Below, in pieces: positions 30,298 to 40,004 of a stretch of DNA of 64,000 nucleotides. A model generated the notes under the pieces. The model ran no database searches, was not told the origin of the DNA, and saw nothing but the letters and a program-made list of their open reading frames with translations. The stretch is from a bacterium. Lineage in GTDB: Bacteria > Patescibacteriota > Minisyncoccia > Phycocordibacterales > Zambryskibacteraceae. The stretch spans positions 68,623-132,622 of the forward strand of contig JAHFOF010000002.1 in assembly GCA_023266935.1 (NCBI GenBank). The letters run 5' to 3'. The position numbers and the translations under genes were made by a program. Position 1 is the stretch's first letter. Every line of letters begins with the position of its first letter.

Positions 30298-30714
30298 CTA
30301 TTTGTTTTGAGCTGGGCGAATTTGGATTGATGATGCGTTCACTGTACCATCAGAGTTGGCTGGCCCAGAAACAGAAACACTTTCGTTTGTAGTAAGGTCA
30401 TCAACCGAACCAGGAACACTTTTTATAATTGGGGTTGAGGAGCCGAAGAAAACAATTCTCGAACTACCATCGGTCAATTTTATGGTTAGACTCTTGTCAT
30501 CTTTAGATAAAATATTACCAGAAACAAATCCCCCACCTACCCGACCAGCAAATCTGGTTCCAGACATTTGTCCATTTGTTCCACGAACCGATGTGGTTGC
30601 CGTTGTTCCAGCTGTTTTTGATCCAATAAAAAAGGCTATTACTGCAAGTACTATCGCTCCGACAATTAATTTTTTGTTCATTTGATTATTCATGATTTTT
30701 ATAATAGCCTGCAA
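30298..30714 (-). CDS. Hypothetical exported protein (DUF5666-like), last gene of efflux operon
   Basis: Signal/TM segment; Gly-rich linker; GTVNASSIQI C-terminus. Confidence 0.65.
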   Translation of the reverse strand: MQAIIKIMNNQMNKKLIVGAIVLAVIAFFIGSKTAGTTATTSVRGTNGQMSGTRFAGRVGGGFVSGNILSKDDKSLTIKLTDGSSRIVFFGSSTPIIKSVPGSVDDLTTNESVSVSGPANSDGTVNASSIQIRPAQNK

Positions 30715-30716
30715 GG

Positions 30717-31925
30717 TTATTCATAACGCAAGGCCTCTATTGGATTTAACCCCGCTGCACGTCGTGCTGGATAATATCCAAAGATTATACCAATAGCTGC
30801 AGAAACCCCAAAAGCCAAGAGAACTGAAGAGAGAGAAATGCTGGTTTCGACAATACCCAGTTTAGTAATGGTGAACGACACTGCCCAACCGAGTATCACC
30901 CCTATGACACCACCAATAAAAGTGAGCATCACTGCCTCGATGAGAAATTGTGTATTTATATCTTTCCTTTTGGCTCCGATGGCTTTTCTCAAACCTATTT
31001 CTCTTGTGCGTTCGGTCACAGTAGTAAGCATCATGTTCATAATCCCTATTCCTCCAACAATAAGAGAGATAGAAGCCACAGCCGCGAGGAACATGGTGAA
31101 AGCTCCAGTCACCTGGTTGAGTGTTCCTAAAATATCGGCTTGAGAGATGATAGAAAAGTCGGCTTCACTCACTCGATGTTTGGTGATAAGAAGATTGGTC
31201 GCTTCATCTTTTATCGTAGCCATCTGATCCTTATCAGCCACAGACACAGCTACAGAAGAAAGATAATCAACCCCCGCGAGAACTTTCTGCATAGTAGAAA
31301 GAGGAACAAAAATCATGTCATCAAGATTCGCAAACCCAGAACCACCCTTGGCTTGTAAAACTCCTACTACTCTGAATATCACATTATTAATTTTTACTGT
31401 TTTCCCCATAGGATCGGTGTCTCCAAACAAATCTGTCGCTGCTGTTTGTCCAAGGATTGCAACTTTATTAAAATTATTTTGACCGGGAGTAATGAAGGAA
31501 CCCTCAGCCAGATTCAAATTTCTCACTACTGCATATTCTGGTAGGGTTCCTATAACCGTAGAGTTTGTGTTATTACCCGTAGAAGAAACTATCTGAAATC
31601 GCCGATCTAGCTCGGGTGCCACTACCGACACTCCTTCTATAGACTTTAAAACATCCACATCTTCATTCTTTAAACTTTGAGCTGCCCCTCGTCCAGACGA
31701 AACGATTCCTCTACCCGGTTGAACTGCACCAGGATAAATAGTTAAAAGATTTGAACCCAATCCTTCTATAGAAGTTTGAATTGCATTTTGAGCTCCTTGA
31801 CCAATAGAAACCATGGCGATCACAGAGCTTATACCTATGACAATACCTAGAACAGTCAAAACCGAACGAACTTTGTTCGCTGAGAGGGCGGTATATGTTT
31901 CTTCAAGGATATCTTTAGTGGTCAT
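30717..31925 (-). CDS. MacB/FtsX-type ABC permease
   Basis: RSVLTVLGIVIG, GGIGIMN, ERTREIGLRKAIGA, PIEALRYE. Confidence 0.93.
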   Translation of the reverse strand: MTTKDILEETYTALSANKVRSVLTVLGIVIGISSVIAMVSIGQGAQNAIQTSIEGLGSNLLTIYPGAVQPGRGIVSSGRGAAQSLKNEDVDVLKSIEGVSVVAPELDRRFQIVSSTGNNTNSTVIGTLPEYAVVRNLNLAEGSFITPGQNNFNKVAILGQTAATDLFGDTDPMGKTVKINNVIFRVVGVLQAKGGSGFANLDDMIFVPLSTMQKVLAGVDYLSSVAVSVADKDQMATIKDEATNLLITKHRVSEADFSIISQADILGTLNQVTGAFTMFLAAVASISLIVGGIGIMNMMLTTVTERTREIGLRKAIGAKRKDINTQFLIEAVMLTFIGGVIGVILGWAVSFTITKLGIVETSISLSSVLLAFGVSAAIGIIFGYYPARRAAGLNPIEALRYE

Positions 31926-32634
31926 GTTTTGTATGGTGAATTACTCTTTTTTGATGAGATTTTGAATCTTCAACCAATCGTCCATCTCGAATAAAAATTA
32001 TTCTGTCTGCGTGTTCAGCCACCTCATGTTCATGGGTGATAAGGATAATGGTTCGTCCAAAATCCCGATTAAGTTTTTGAAATGTCCCGAGCACAATTTC
32101 TCCAGTCTTTGTATCCAGATTTCCTGTTGGTTCATCGGCGAGAATAAGGGTTGGATTATTTACTAGCGCCCTAGCAATAGCCACACGTTGAATCTGTCCT
32201 CCAGAAAGTTGATTCGAAAGGTGAGAAAAATGTTCTTCTTCTAATCCTGCAGCAATCAAAGATTCTTCGGCTCGTTTTTCCCTCTCATGTTTACTCACAT
32301 CAGCATAGACTAGAGGCAACATCACATTGCGAAGGACTGTGGTTCGGGGCAAGAGATTAAACGACTGAAAAACAAATCCAATTTTATCTCTTCGGATATC
32401 AGCGAGCTCATCATCAGAAAGCTTCGAGACATCTTTATTGTCCAAAAAATATTCCCCTGAAGTTGGTGTGTCGAGGGCACCAAGAATATGCATCAAGGTA
32501 GATTTACCCGAACCAGACGGACCCATAATAGCCACAAACTCTCCGTTGTCTATTTTGAAGTTAACATCCTTGAGTGCTTCAAAGGGTGCGGGACCATTCG
32601 TATAAATTTTGCCTACATTTTTTACTTCAATCAT
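31915..32634 (-). CDS. ABC ATP-binding protein (MacB/LolD family)
   Basis: [24 protein letters not shown]. Confidence 0.95.
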   Translation of the reverse strand: MIEVKNVGKIYTNGPAPFEALKDVNFKIDNGEFVAIMGPSGSGKSTLMHILGALDTPTSGEYFLDNKDVSKLSDDELADIRRDKIGFVFQSFNLLPRTTVLRNVMLPLVYADVSKHEREKRAEESLIAAGLEEEHFSHLSNQLSGGQIQRVAIARALVNNPTLILADEPTGNLDTKTGEIVLGTFQKLNRDFGRTIILITHEHEVAEHADRIIFIRDGRLVEDSKSHQKRVIHHTKHDH

Positions 32635-32642
32635 ATTTATGA

Positions 32643-34364
32643 TTAACGACCTGTTGCTCCAGTCACCCTTACGTTTCCTGTTCCAGTTCCTGTTCTTGCC
32701 CCACCCGTGGTTGCCCCGAAGATACTTGGAGCTTGAGTGGTGGCGGTAGTTGGATTTATGGTTCGAGTGACGACCTGATCTCCTTCTGAAAGACCGGATT
32801 TTATCTCTGTAGAAGTATCATTTGAAGCTCCTATTTCTACTGATTTAGAAGTTGGAGGCACAGCAGAAGGGGTGCCTGTATTCATCGGATTAGAAAGAGG
32901 AGGGTTGAAAACTAACACATACGAACCTTGGTCATCGGTCTTCACCGCACTTGAAGAAACATACAAAACATCAGTCAAAACGTTGGTGATTATTTCTGCG
33001 CTTGTACTCATGCCCGAACGAACCCGAATATCGTTTGTATCAAAAACAATTTTAGCTCCATAGTTCACCACACCTTGGTTTGTTGTGCCGACTAAATCAA
33101 GATCCGAAACTACTCCGGTCAGAGTCAATCCTTCGACGGCATCGAACGTCAAAGTAGCCTTGTCACCAACCTTTACCTTGGCTGCATCAACTTCGTTTAA
33201 AGAAACATCGGCCATTTGTTCTTTGGTAATAATGGTAGCCATAACCGTGCCGTTCGAAGCGCTGTCACCAACCTTAACCGGAATCCTCCCTATCACTCCA
33301 TCGAATGGAGCGACAATCGTGTAATCTGAATAAGTTTTATATTTTATATCAACAGCCAATTGTGCTGATTCAATATCTAAAGGATCAGCTCCACGAATAA
33401 GTTTGGCCAAAACAGCTTGTTTATCTGCAATGTTCCCCGAGGATTGAGATAAATCGCTTTTATCTGAGAGCAAAGAAGCCAAACGTGGATTTATTTTGTC
33501 TGTCCAAGTACTTAGATTCGTACTAGCAGAATCCATGGCACTAATTTGGGAAGCTGTCTGATTTGAGTTTTGATTTTTAATATAATCCAAAGCACCTTTA
33601 GTATCCTTTAATGCTTGGGAAACAGCTTTGGCCATATCATAAGTGTGAGAAACCAAAGCTACGACTGAACTGGAGGCGCTGGTTCGAGAAACGGTTTTAT
33701 ATTCAGAAAGGAGAGAATTGTATTTATCCTTGGCCAGATTAAACGACGTTCCCGCTTGGTCACGATACTGTCTGGCTGTGTCTCCAAAATACAAAACATT
33801 GTTTGAAGAAAGGAAACCACCAAGTCCGCCGAGCATAGAATCTAAGCCAGTGATGACATCGGGCACAACCAGAAACGCGCTCGCCACATCATTTAACCCA
33901 TTATCATACGCTTGGCTGTCTGAATTAATCGCATCCGAAAGAGAATTTTGAGCTTGAATCATGTCTGTCTCATCGGCTGCTTGGGTCAATTTTTCTAAAG
34001 ATATTTGAGATGAACGAAGAGCATTATAAGCATCAGTCGAATCTATACGGGCGATAACCTCACCCTTTTTGACCTCTTGGCCACTCTTCACAACGATGCT
34101 GATAATATCTCCAGAAACTTTGCTTTTTAAATCAACCTGGTCTGAAGAAGAGACCGTTCCTGTGCTTGAGACAGAAGACAGGAGGTTCCCCTTCTCCACC
34201 GTACCCACAACATATTTTATTTCCCCACTTGTGTTCCCTAAACCAGAAATTATTTTATATCCAATAAAAATAATTATGAGGAGAACAACCACGCTGATAA
34301 CCTTGTGGGCTAAAACATATGTCTTTATTTTGGGAAAATTAATTTTGGAAATAAATTTTTTCAT
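32643..34364 (-). CDS. Efflux periplasmic adaptor (MacA/HlyD-like)
   Basis: Lipoyl-like halves SKVSGDI/APFDGVI around a long coiled coil. Confidence 0.85.
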   Translation of the reverse strand: MKKFISKINFPKIKTYVLAHKVISVVVLLIIIFIGYKIISGLGNTSGEIKYVVGTVEKGNLLSSVSSTGTVSSSDQVDLKSKVSGDIISIVVKSGQEVKKGEVIARIDSTDAYNALRSSQISLEKLTQAADETDMIQAQNSLSDAINSDSQAYDNGLNDVASAFLVVPDVITGLDSMLGGLGGFLSSNNVLYFGDTARQYRDQAGTSFNLAKDKYNSLLSEYKTVSRTSASSSVVALVSHTYDMAKAVSQALKDTKGALDYIKNQNSNQTASQISAMDSASTNLSTWTDKINPRLASLLSDKSDLSQSSGNIADKQAVLAKLIRGADPLDIESAQLAVDIKYKTYSDYTIVAPFDGVIGRIPVKVGDSASNGTVMATIITKEQMADVSLNEVDAAKVKVGDKATLTFDAVEGLTLTGVVSDLDLVGTTNQGVVNYGAKIVFDTNDIRVRSGMSTSAEIITNVLTDVLYVSSSAVKTDDQGSYVLVFNPPLSNPMNTGTPSAVPPTSKSVEIGASNDTSTEIKSGLSEGDQVVTRTINPTTATTQAPSIFGATTGGARTGTGTGNVRVTGATGR

Positions 34365-34365
34365 T

Positions 34366-34803
34366 TTATTTAATATTAGCGGTTATCTTCTTGTTTAGTT
34401 TATAAAATTGTTCAAACTCTTGGTTGTTCAGAACCTTTAGAATATGAGTCATATCTTGGAAAGCTTTTTTCTTCATCATTTCCATATGTTTTCTGCTCTT
34501 GAGCGAAAGGACGAGGGTTGATTCTCTACGGTCTTTAAGGTTTACTTTTTTCGAAACGTAGTTATTTTTAACCAAAGCTTCGACGAGTTGGGACACCGCG
34601 GGCGAAGACATCCGCAGAATATGAGCGACATCCTTCACTGTGGTCTCCTTGAGGTTACCCACGAGACCAAGCACTGCCCACTGCGAAGGAGTTATTTCTA
34701 GCATGTTTGGACGGAACTTTTTCTTCAAGAAAAGCGCTCGACGTAAAGACTGAAAGTTATTAAAGATTTCCTCTATCCGTTCCTTGCGTTTATTATAAGT
34801 CAT
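34366..34803 (-). CDS. MarR family regulator
   Basis: ITPSQWAVL, wHTH, DRRE motif. Confidence 0.88.
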   Translation of the reverse strand: MTYNKRKERIEEIFNNFQSLRRALFLKKKFRPNMLEITPSQWAVLGLVGNLKETTVKDVAHILRMSSPAVSQLVEALVKNNYVSKKVNLKDRRESTLVLSLKSRKHMEMMKKKAFQDMTHILKVLNNQEFEQFYKLNKKITANIK

Positions 34804-34808
34804 AATGT

Positions 34809-34821
34809 GTAAGTATCTTAC
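34809..34821. promoter_or_regulatory. Candidate MarR operator
   Basis: gtaag-tat-cttac inverted repeat just upstream of the marR start. Confidence 0.45.
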
Positions 34822-34861
34822 CTAATTTTAGAATATAAAGCAAACAGGCTTATCAACAAGA

Positions 34862-35797
34862 CTAGACTCTGAGGTATCTGCGGATAGCAAGGAAACTTGA
34901 AACAGCACCGAGGAGGACTCCTGAACCGACGATAATGATAAATATTTGTGGGAAGTGAACAAGGTAATAGCTAAACAAATTCAATCCAATGAAAAAGTTC
35001 TGTGTAGTCTGCCCTAACCAATAAGTAATAGGGAGAAAGAGAATCAGAGTCAGTAAACCTGCGACCAATCCATAGATAACTCCCACAACCACGAACGGCC
35101 CTTGGATATAAGTCGTAGAAGCTCCAACGAGACGCATCACCCCTATCTCTTCTTTAGACATATATATGGTGAGACGAACGGTATTAAAAGAAACGAGTAA
35201 AGAAAGAGCGATGAACGCGAGGGTAATAGCAAACCCGAGAGTGTGGGCCGTGTTGATAATTTTTATTAATTTATCTATGGCTGTTTTGTTCTGATAATAG
35301 TTTATGTGGTCAACGATAGTGAGATTATTCGCACTCAAAATATTTTGGCCTTGGAGATAATCGGCCACAGAACCGTACTGTGAAGGGTCCTTCGCCTTCA
35401 CATTTAAGACGGCACCGAGTGGGTTATCGTTTAACTCCCCCAACGCAGCGAGGATTGATTGGTCATCTGCATGCCTTTGTTTAAAAGCTTCTAAAGATTG
35501 TTCGCGAGAAACATAAGTGACCAAAGAAACTTCGGGCAAAGATTCTAGGGATTTTTTTATGTGCAAAATGTCTGATTCTTGGGCATTTGGGATAAAGGTC
35601 ACATTGATATCAACCTTGCTTCGAAGTTCGGTGAGAGATGTGTTGAGGATAGCACTACCAAACAAAATAAATCCGATGACCACGAGAGTGACCATCATAA
35701 TCAAAACTGAAGCGAGTGAAACCGTGCCGTTTCTCCAAAAATTAAAAAGCCCGGTCCTTGAAACTCGTTTTAATTTTGTTTGAAAATTGGCTTTCAT
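34862..35797 (-). CDS. ftsX: Cell division permease FtsX
   Basis: NTVRLTIY..EEIGVMRLVGAS; follows ftsE. Confidence 0.9.
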   Translation of the reverse strand: MKANFQTKLKRVSRTGLFNFWRNGTVSLASVLIMMVTLVVIGFILFGSAILNTSLTELRSKVDINVTFIPNAQESDILHIKKSLESLPEVSLVTYVSREQSLEAFKQRHADDQSILAALGELNDNPLGAVLNVKAKDPSQYGSVADYLQGQNILSANNLTIVDHINYYQNKTAIDKLIKIINTAHTLGFAITLAFIALSLLVSFNTVRLTIYMSKEEIGVMRLVGASTTYIQGPFVVVGVIYGLVAGLLTLILFLPITYWLGQTTQNFFIGLNLFSYYLVHFPQIFIIIVGSGVLLGAVSSFLAIRRYLRV

Positions 35798-35800
35798 GTT

Positions 35801-36481
35801 TTAACTAAAATATTTGCCCTCCTTATCATCTCTAATAATCCTGCCTTTATCCATGGCTATCACTCTCTTGCCCAAGGAGTCTATCACCCCTTTGTTGTGA
35901 GTGGTCAGGATAACTGTTGTGCCCAAATCGTTTATTCTTTTTAAAATTTGCACGATATCATGAGTGTTCACTGGATCAAGGTTCCCCGTTGGTTCATCAG
36001 CGATGATGATGTCTGGGTTGTTCACAATCGCCCGGGCAATAGCCACGCGTTGTTTCTCTCCTCCAGAAAGTTCGTGGGGAAAATTCCAAACCTTGTCTGC
36101 TAATCCGACGAGGTCGAGGACGTGAGGCACATCGGCTTCTATCTCTTCGTCACTTCGACCTGCGGCCTCCATAGTGAAGGCGATGTTTTCATAAACCGTT
36201 CTGTCTGGGAGAAGACGAAAATCTTGAAAAATCATCCCTACTCGTTGACGAAATTTGTTTATATCTTGTTTGTGAAGAGAATGAACATCAATTGATTCAT
36301 AAAAAACCCGACCTTTCGTCGGTTTCTCTTCGGCTAGAAACATTTTAAGTAAAGTGGTCTTGCCTGCACCAGATTGACCGACGATAGAGACAAATTCTTT
36401 TGGTTCTATAGAGAAAGTAACATCCTCGAGAGCAACGGAAGAATCCGGATATACCTTGGAGACTTTATCAAAGAAAATCAT
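35801..36481 (-). CDS. ftsE: Cell division ATP-binding protein FtsE
   Basis: [24 protein letters not shown]. Confidence 0.92.
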   Translation of the reverse strand: MIFFDKVSKVYPDSSVALEDVTFSIEPKEFVSIVGQSGAGKTTLLKMFLAEEKPTKGRVFYESIDVHSLHKQDINKFRQRVGMIFQDFRLLPDRTVYENIAFTMEAAGRSDEEIEADVPHVLDLVGLADKVWNFPHELSGGEKQRVAIARAIVNNPDIIIADEPTGNLDPVNTHDIVQILKRINDLGTTVILTTHNKGVIDSLGKRVIAMDKGRIIRDDKEGKYFS

Positions 36482-36568
36482 TGTTCAATTTTATCATATT
36501 TTATCTCCCTGAGCCAAGAATTTTATAAGAAAAAGATTCCGCGATACTTTGCGGAATCTATTAAATCA

Positions 36569-37198
36569 CTAACTTGCGAGAACAACAGACGGGCCGTGGG
36601 CGCTCCACACGCTGCCGAGCCAGCTGCAGCTCCAATCCCACCGACCATCGCGCCAGCACAGGCAGAGGACATACCGGCGGCCATCCGGGCGCCGAAGGAC
36701 AGTTCCATCGAAGTAGATGGAGGTTGTGTTGCCGTTCGTCTTCTCCTTCCACTGCTCGGGGATGAGGTGCTTGTTCTCCCAGAGAGTCTGCAAGACCTTC
36801 GCATCCAGACGGATGTGGCCTGCGTTCTTCAGGCGTTGAAGCTTGTCCTCGCCTTTGACCCACGACTCACTTGACTTGAGCATGTGCTCGAAACGAATGG
36901 ACCCAAGATTGACCTCGAAGAGAGCGATTGAACGCTCATCTTGTTCCGCGATCGACCAACCCGAACCGATGAATTCGACTGGGTTGAATGGGGTGGCGCG
37001 GTCAACGGTGACTCTTTCGTAGCTGACCGGCTTGTCCGGTTTCCACGAATTCACGAACACCGACAGATCACGATGGAACTCATCGGCGTTCTCTACGTCC
37101 TTGTTCAACTTGTTCACAACACGCTGAACTGGAACGAGTCGTTCCTGTGGAACACCAACAAGTGCCCGAACGATTCCTGCTAGCTTGTCCTGTGCCAT
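36569..37198 (-). CDS. Hypothetical protein (GC-richer solitary gene)
   Basis: AAGGAG RBS, promoter 37282-37309, hairpin 36534-36559. Confidence 0.7.
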   Translation of the reverse strand: MAQDKLAGIVRALVGVPQERLVPVQRVVNKLNKDVENADEFHRDLSVFVNSWKPDKPVSYERVTVDRATPFNPVEFIGSGWSIAEQDERSIALFEVNLGSIRFEHMLKSSESWVKGEDKLQRLKNAGHIRLDAKVLQTLWENKHLIPEQWKEKTNGNTTSIYFDGTVLRRPDGRRYVLCLCWRDGRWDWSCSWLGSVWSAHGPSVVLAS

Positions 37199-37340
37199 AA
37201 GAATTTCTCCTTAGACTGGGAGCCAGGTTGCTAGAGGACGACGGAATGTCGCCATAACAAGGTACTTCTACTTCTTCTTTAATCATACACCTTTTGAGGA
37301 AAAAGTCAAGGAGATTATAAGGACATCAAAACAGCTTTAT

Positions 37341-38243
37341 TTATAGCTCTTTTTCAGCCTCTATAAATTCATCCAAATCACCATTTAGGACTTTTTCTAT
37401 TTGAGAAGTTTCAACGTTGGTTCGGTGGTCTTTGACCATTTTGTATGGATGCAGAACGTACGAACGGATTTGGTTTCCCCATTCAATCTGCGTTGTTTTA
37501 GAAATATACATCCCCTTTTCTTTCGCCTTCCTCTCTTCGTCTCGAAGTTTATAAAGTTTGGCCGAAAGCATCATGAGAGCTTTCTCTTTATTCTGCGCTT
37601 GACTGCGTTCTGTCTCTACATGCACGGCGAGGTTCGTGGGGATGTGGACCACACGCACGGCTGTCTCTCGTTTGTTCACATTTTGTCCACCCGGACCAGA
37701 TGATTTAGAAGTCTCAACTCGAATTTCTTCTGGAGGAATCTTTAGTTCATCTGGTGTTTCAAATTCGGGTATCACTTCAACCATAGAGAAAGATGTGTGT
37801 CGCAAATCCTTGGCACTAAATGGAGAGATACGCACGAGTCGATGCACGCCGGATTCATTCTTCAATGTCCCGTATGGACCTTTTGCCTCCTGCCTGCCGG
37901 CAGGCAGGTCAATCTCAATCGTGATGTTTCTGTATCCACCATGGTCATTCGTATTTTTGTGCAGAGTTTTAAAACTCCAACCTTTCTTCTCTATATATTT
38001 CATATACATTTCTAAAAGTATCCTAGAGAAATCTTCAGCGTCATCTCCACCAGCTCCAGAAAATATAGTCATCACTGCACTGCCCTTGTCATACTTTCCT
38101 CCTCCTTCCTTTTCATCTTTTAAATTTTGAATTTCTCGAATAATCGCTTGGGCCTTATCTTTGTCCAACCAAAAATCCGCCGAGCTCATCTCCGCTTCTA
38201 GTTCCTGAATTTTCTTATCTATTTCATTATTTGAAATTGTCAT
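37341..38243 (-). CDS. prfB: Peptide chain release factor 2 (short form) with LPAGRQ insertion
   Basis: SPF tripeptide (RISPF), GPGGQNVNK, WGNQIRSY. Confidence 0.93.
   Translation of the reverse strand: MTISNNEIDKKIQELEAEMSSADFWLDKDKAQAIIREIQNLKDEKEGGGKYDKGSAVMTIFSGAGGDDAEDFSRILLEMYMKYIEKKGWSFKTLHKNTNDHGGYRNITIEIDLPAGRQEAKGPYGTLKNESGVHRLVRISPFSAKDLRHTSFSMVEVIPEFETPDELKIPPEEIRVETSKSSGPGGQNVNKRETAVRVVHIPTNLAVHVETERSQAQNKEKALMMLSAKLYKLRDEERKAKEKGMYISKTTQIEWGNQIRSYVLHPYKMVKDHRTNVETSQIEKVLNGDLDEFIEAEKEL
37889..37908. repeat. 20-bp perfect palindrome (LPAGRQ element)
   Basis: cctgcctgccggcaggcagg. Confidence 0.9.
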
Positions 38244-39123
38244 GCTGTTTTTTCTTCAATATTGTTATTTTATCTTCATGAACACCATTTGTTCCAATAA
38301 ATGATTTTTCTTCTATCTCAAATAATCCCAAATCTCTAACTCGTTTTGTTGTTTCAGGTCTTGATGCTGGAGGTACAGTGCCTTCACTGTATATTGTGGG
38401 TGAATAAGAATAGTAAAACAACAATCCATCAGGAGTCATAGTTTTATATAATACCTTAAGTAAATCTAACATATCGGCCGTTCTTTCATCTTTTCTGCCA
38501 ACAAAATAATTAAATACATTAGACATATTAATTACATCATAATTTTCTGTTAGAAAACTTGGGGCAATATCTATTATGTTTCCAACAATATATTGTGGCC
38601 CAACATCAAGGAGAATGCGTCTCATTTTTAAGTAAGAGTCTTCATTTATCAAATATGCATTTATATCTGATATGTTAGGTTTAAGAAAAGCTCGATCCCT
38701 GAAATACTCTGATTTTACAATATTACCTCCTGTCGCTTCCCCATAAATCTTATCGAAAAAAGTTTTTGTATTATCCTGCAAACTATTTCTAAATTTTAAA
38801 TATGTATTATGATCTAAATTTCCATTTGCATGAGTATCACCAAAAAACCCTAAAAATACCCCGTAATCCAAATTTTTTATTGCTTGAATCTTTAAATCCA
38901 CAAAAAATGGCGATCTGGTATTTATATCAAAACCCGTAACACTTTCTGCTCCATAAAAATATGCATTTAATATCTGATCTCCTGAACCAATTATTGTCAA
39001 AACTTTCTTGTTTTTAAGATCTAAAAGAGAATAGTAACTACTGACCATCTCAGTGGCATACACATATATTCTTGATTCTGGAGTCATAGACCCCGATTCT
39101 TTTTTTGTAATGTCTATTTTCAT
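38227..39123 (-). CDS. SAM-dependent transferase, DUF3419/BtaA-like
   Basis: VLTIIGSGDQ, GFDIN, MSNVFNY; AT-rich. Confidence 0.6.
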   Translation of the reverse strand: MKIDITKKESGSMTPESRIYVYATEMVSSYYSLLDLKNKKVLTIIGSGDQILNAYFYGAESVTGFDINTRSPFFVDLKIQAIKNLDYGVFLGFFGDTHANGNLDHNTYLKFRNSLQDNTKTFFDKIYGEATGGNIVKSEYFRDRAFLKPNISDINAYLINEDSYLKMRRILLDVGPQYIVGNIIDIAPSFLTENYDVINMSNVFNYFVGRKDERTADMLDLLKVLYKTMTPDGLLFYYSYSPTIYSEGTVPPASRPETTKRVRDLGLFEIEEKSFIGTNGVHEDKITILKKKQHDNFK

Positions 39124-39127
39124 GCGG

Positions 39128-39200
39128 AGCCAAAGGCCAGGATCGAACTGGCGACCTACCCCTTACGAAGGGGTTGCTCTACCAACTGAGCTACTTTGGC
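39128..39200 (-). tRNA. tRNA-Thr(CGT)
   Basis: gccaaag acceptor; acccc-ttCGTaa-ggggt; TTCGATC. Confidence 0.93.
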
Positions 39201-39224
39201 ATTAAGTAATCATACCAAATACGG

Positions 39225-39297
39225 AGCCAACAATCGGGATCGAACCGATGACCTCTTCCTTACCATGGAAGTGCTCTACCAGCTGAGCTATGTTGGC
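39225..39297 (-). tRNA. tRNA-Thr(GGT)
   Basis: gccaaca acceptor; cttcc-atGGTaa-ggaag. Confidence 0.93.
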
Positions 39298-39370
39298 ACG
39301 AATAAACGTCTCCGAATAATAATACATCAAATAAGCTTTATCAATTAAGCTTTAATTAGAGATCTAAGTG

Positions 39371-39441
39371 TTGCGGGTATCCGATTTGCACGGATGCCTA
39401 CAGGTTATGAGCCTGTCGAGGTACTGCTCCTCCAACCCGCT
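39371..39441 (-). tRNA. Atypical tRNA(CAT), initiator-like
   Basis: acagg-ctCATaa-cctgt; unpaired A1:A72; A11:U24; T-loop TGCAAAT. Confidence 0.75.
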
Positions 39442-39505
39442 ATTCTTCATATTATACGTCTTTATATTCCCAAAAGCAAGATTTAATATTATAGTGTTGT
39501 TTATT

Positions 39506-39577
39506 GCCGGTGTAGTTCAATGGTTAGAACGAAGGACTCATAAGCCTTAGACGGTGGTTCGATTCCACCCATCGGCA
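39506..39577 (+). tRNA. tRNA(CAT), elongator Met or Ile2
   Basis: gccggtg...catcggc acceptor; ctCATaa loop; TTCGATT. Confidence 0.88.
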
Positions 39578-39627
39578 CAAATTGATAAAGAACCAAAAAT
39601 CTGCTACTTTGTATCGGTAAGAAACAT

Positions 39628-39690
39628 TTGCGGCTGTACCCGCCCGAACGTGCCGAAGCACCTTCGGTACGGGCGGGGCTCAACGGTAGA
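39628..39690 (+). repeat. Duplicated 5' end of tRNA-Asp interrupted by a 39-bp palindrome (39639-39677)
   Basis: ttgcggctgta[cccgcccgaacgtgccgaagcaccttcggtacgggcggg]gctcaacggtaga. Confidence 0.9.
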
Positions 39691-39695
39691 TCAAT

Positions 39696-39935
39696 ATGCA
39701 CATTGTATACGTTTTACAAGACGAAAAGGGTAAGTTTTACAAAGGACTTACAAATAACCTTGCAAGACGTTTCAGTGAACATAAAAGAGGAGAAACAATT
39801 ACAACTTCAAAAATGAGTGGGTTGAAAATTGTTTATACTGAAGAATATGACTCCTTCGAAAAAGCCCGAGCAAGAGAAGTGTACCTAAAAACTGCTGCGG
39901 GACGAAGGTTTCTGAAAAATAAATTGCGGCTGTAG
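39696..39935 (+). CDS. Stand-alone GIY-YIG nuclease
   Basis: VYVL...FYKGLTNNLARRFSEH...AREVYLK; stop codon lies inside tRNA-Asp. Confidence 0.9.
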   Translation: MHIVYVLQDEKGKFYKGLTNNLARRFSEHKRGETITTSKMSGLKIVYTEEYDSFEKARAREVYLKTAAGRRFLKNKLRL

Positions 39936-40000
39936 CTCAACGGTAGAGCACTCCCCTGTCACGGGAGAGGCCGTGGGGTCAGCACCCATCAGCCGCGCCA
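39926..40000 (+). tRNA. tRNA-Asp(GTC)
   Basis: gcggctg...cagccgc-g-cca; ctccc-ctGTCac-gggag; non-canonical T-loop GTCAGCA. Confidence 0.9.
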
Positions 40001-40004
40001 AACC

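Noticed and set aside
39696-39935. Group I intron-encoded homing endonuclease in tRNA-Asp
   Set aside because: The tRNA is intact and no intron core is visible; the flanking sequence is a direct duplication rather than split exons.
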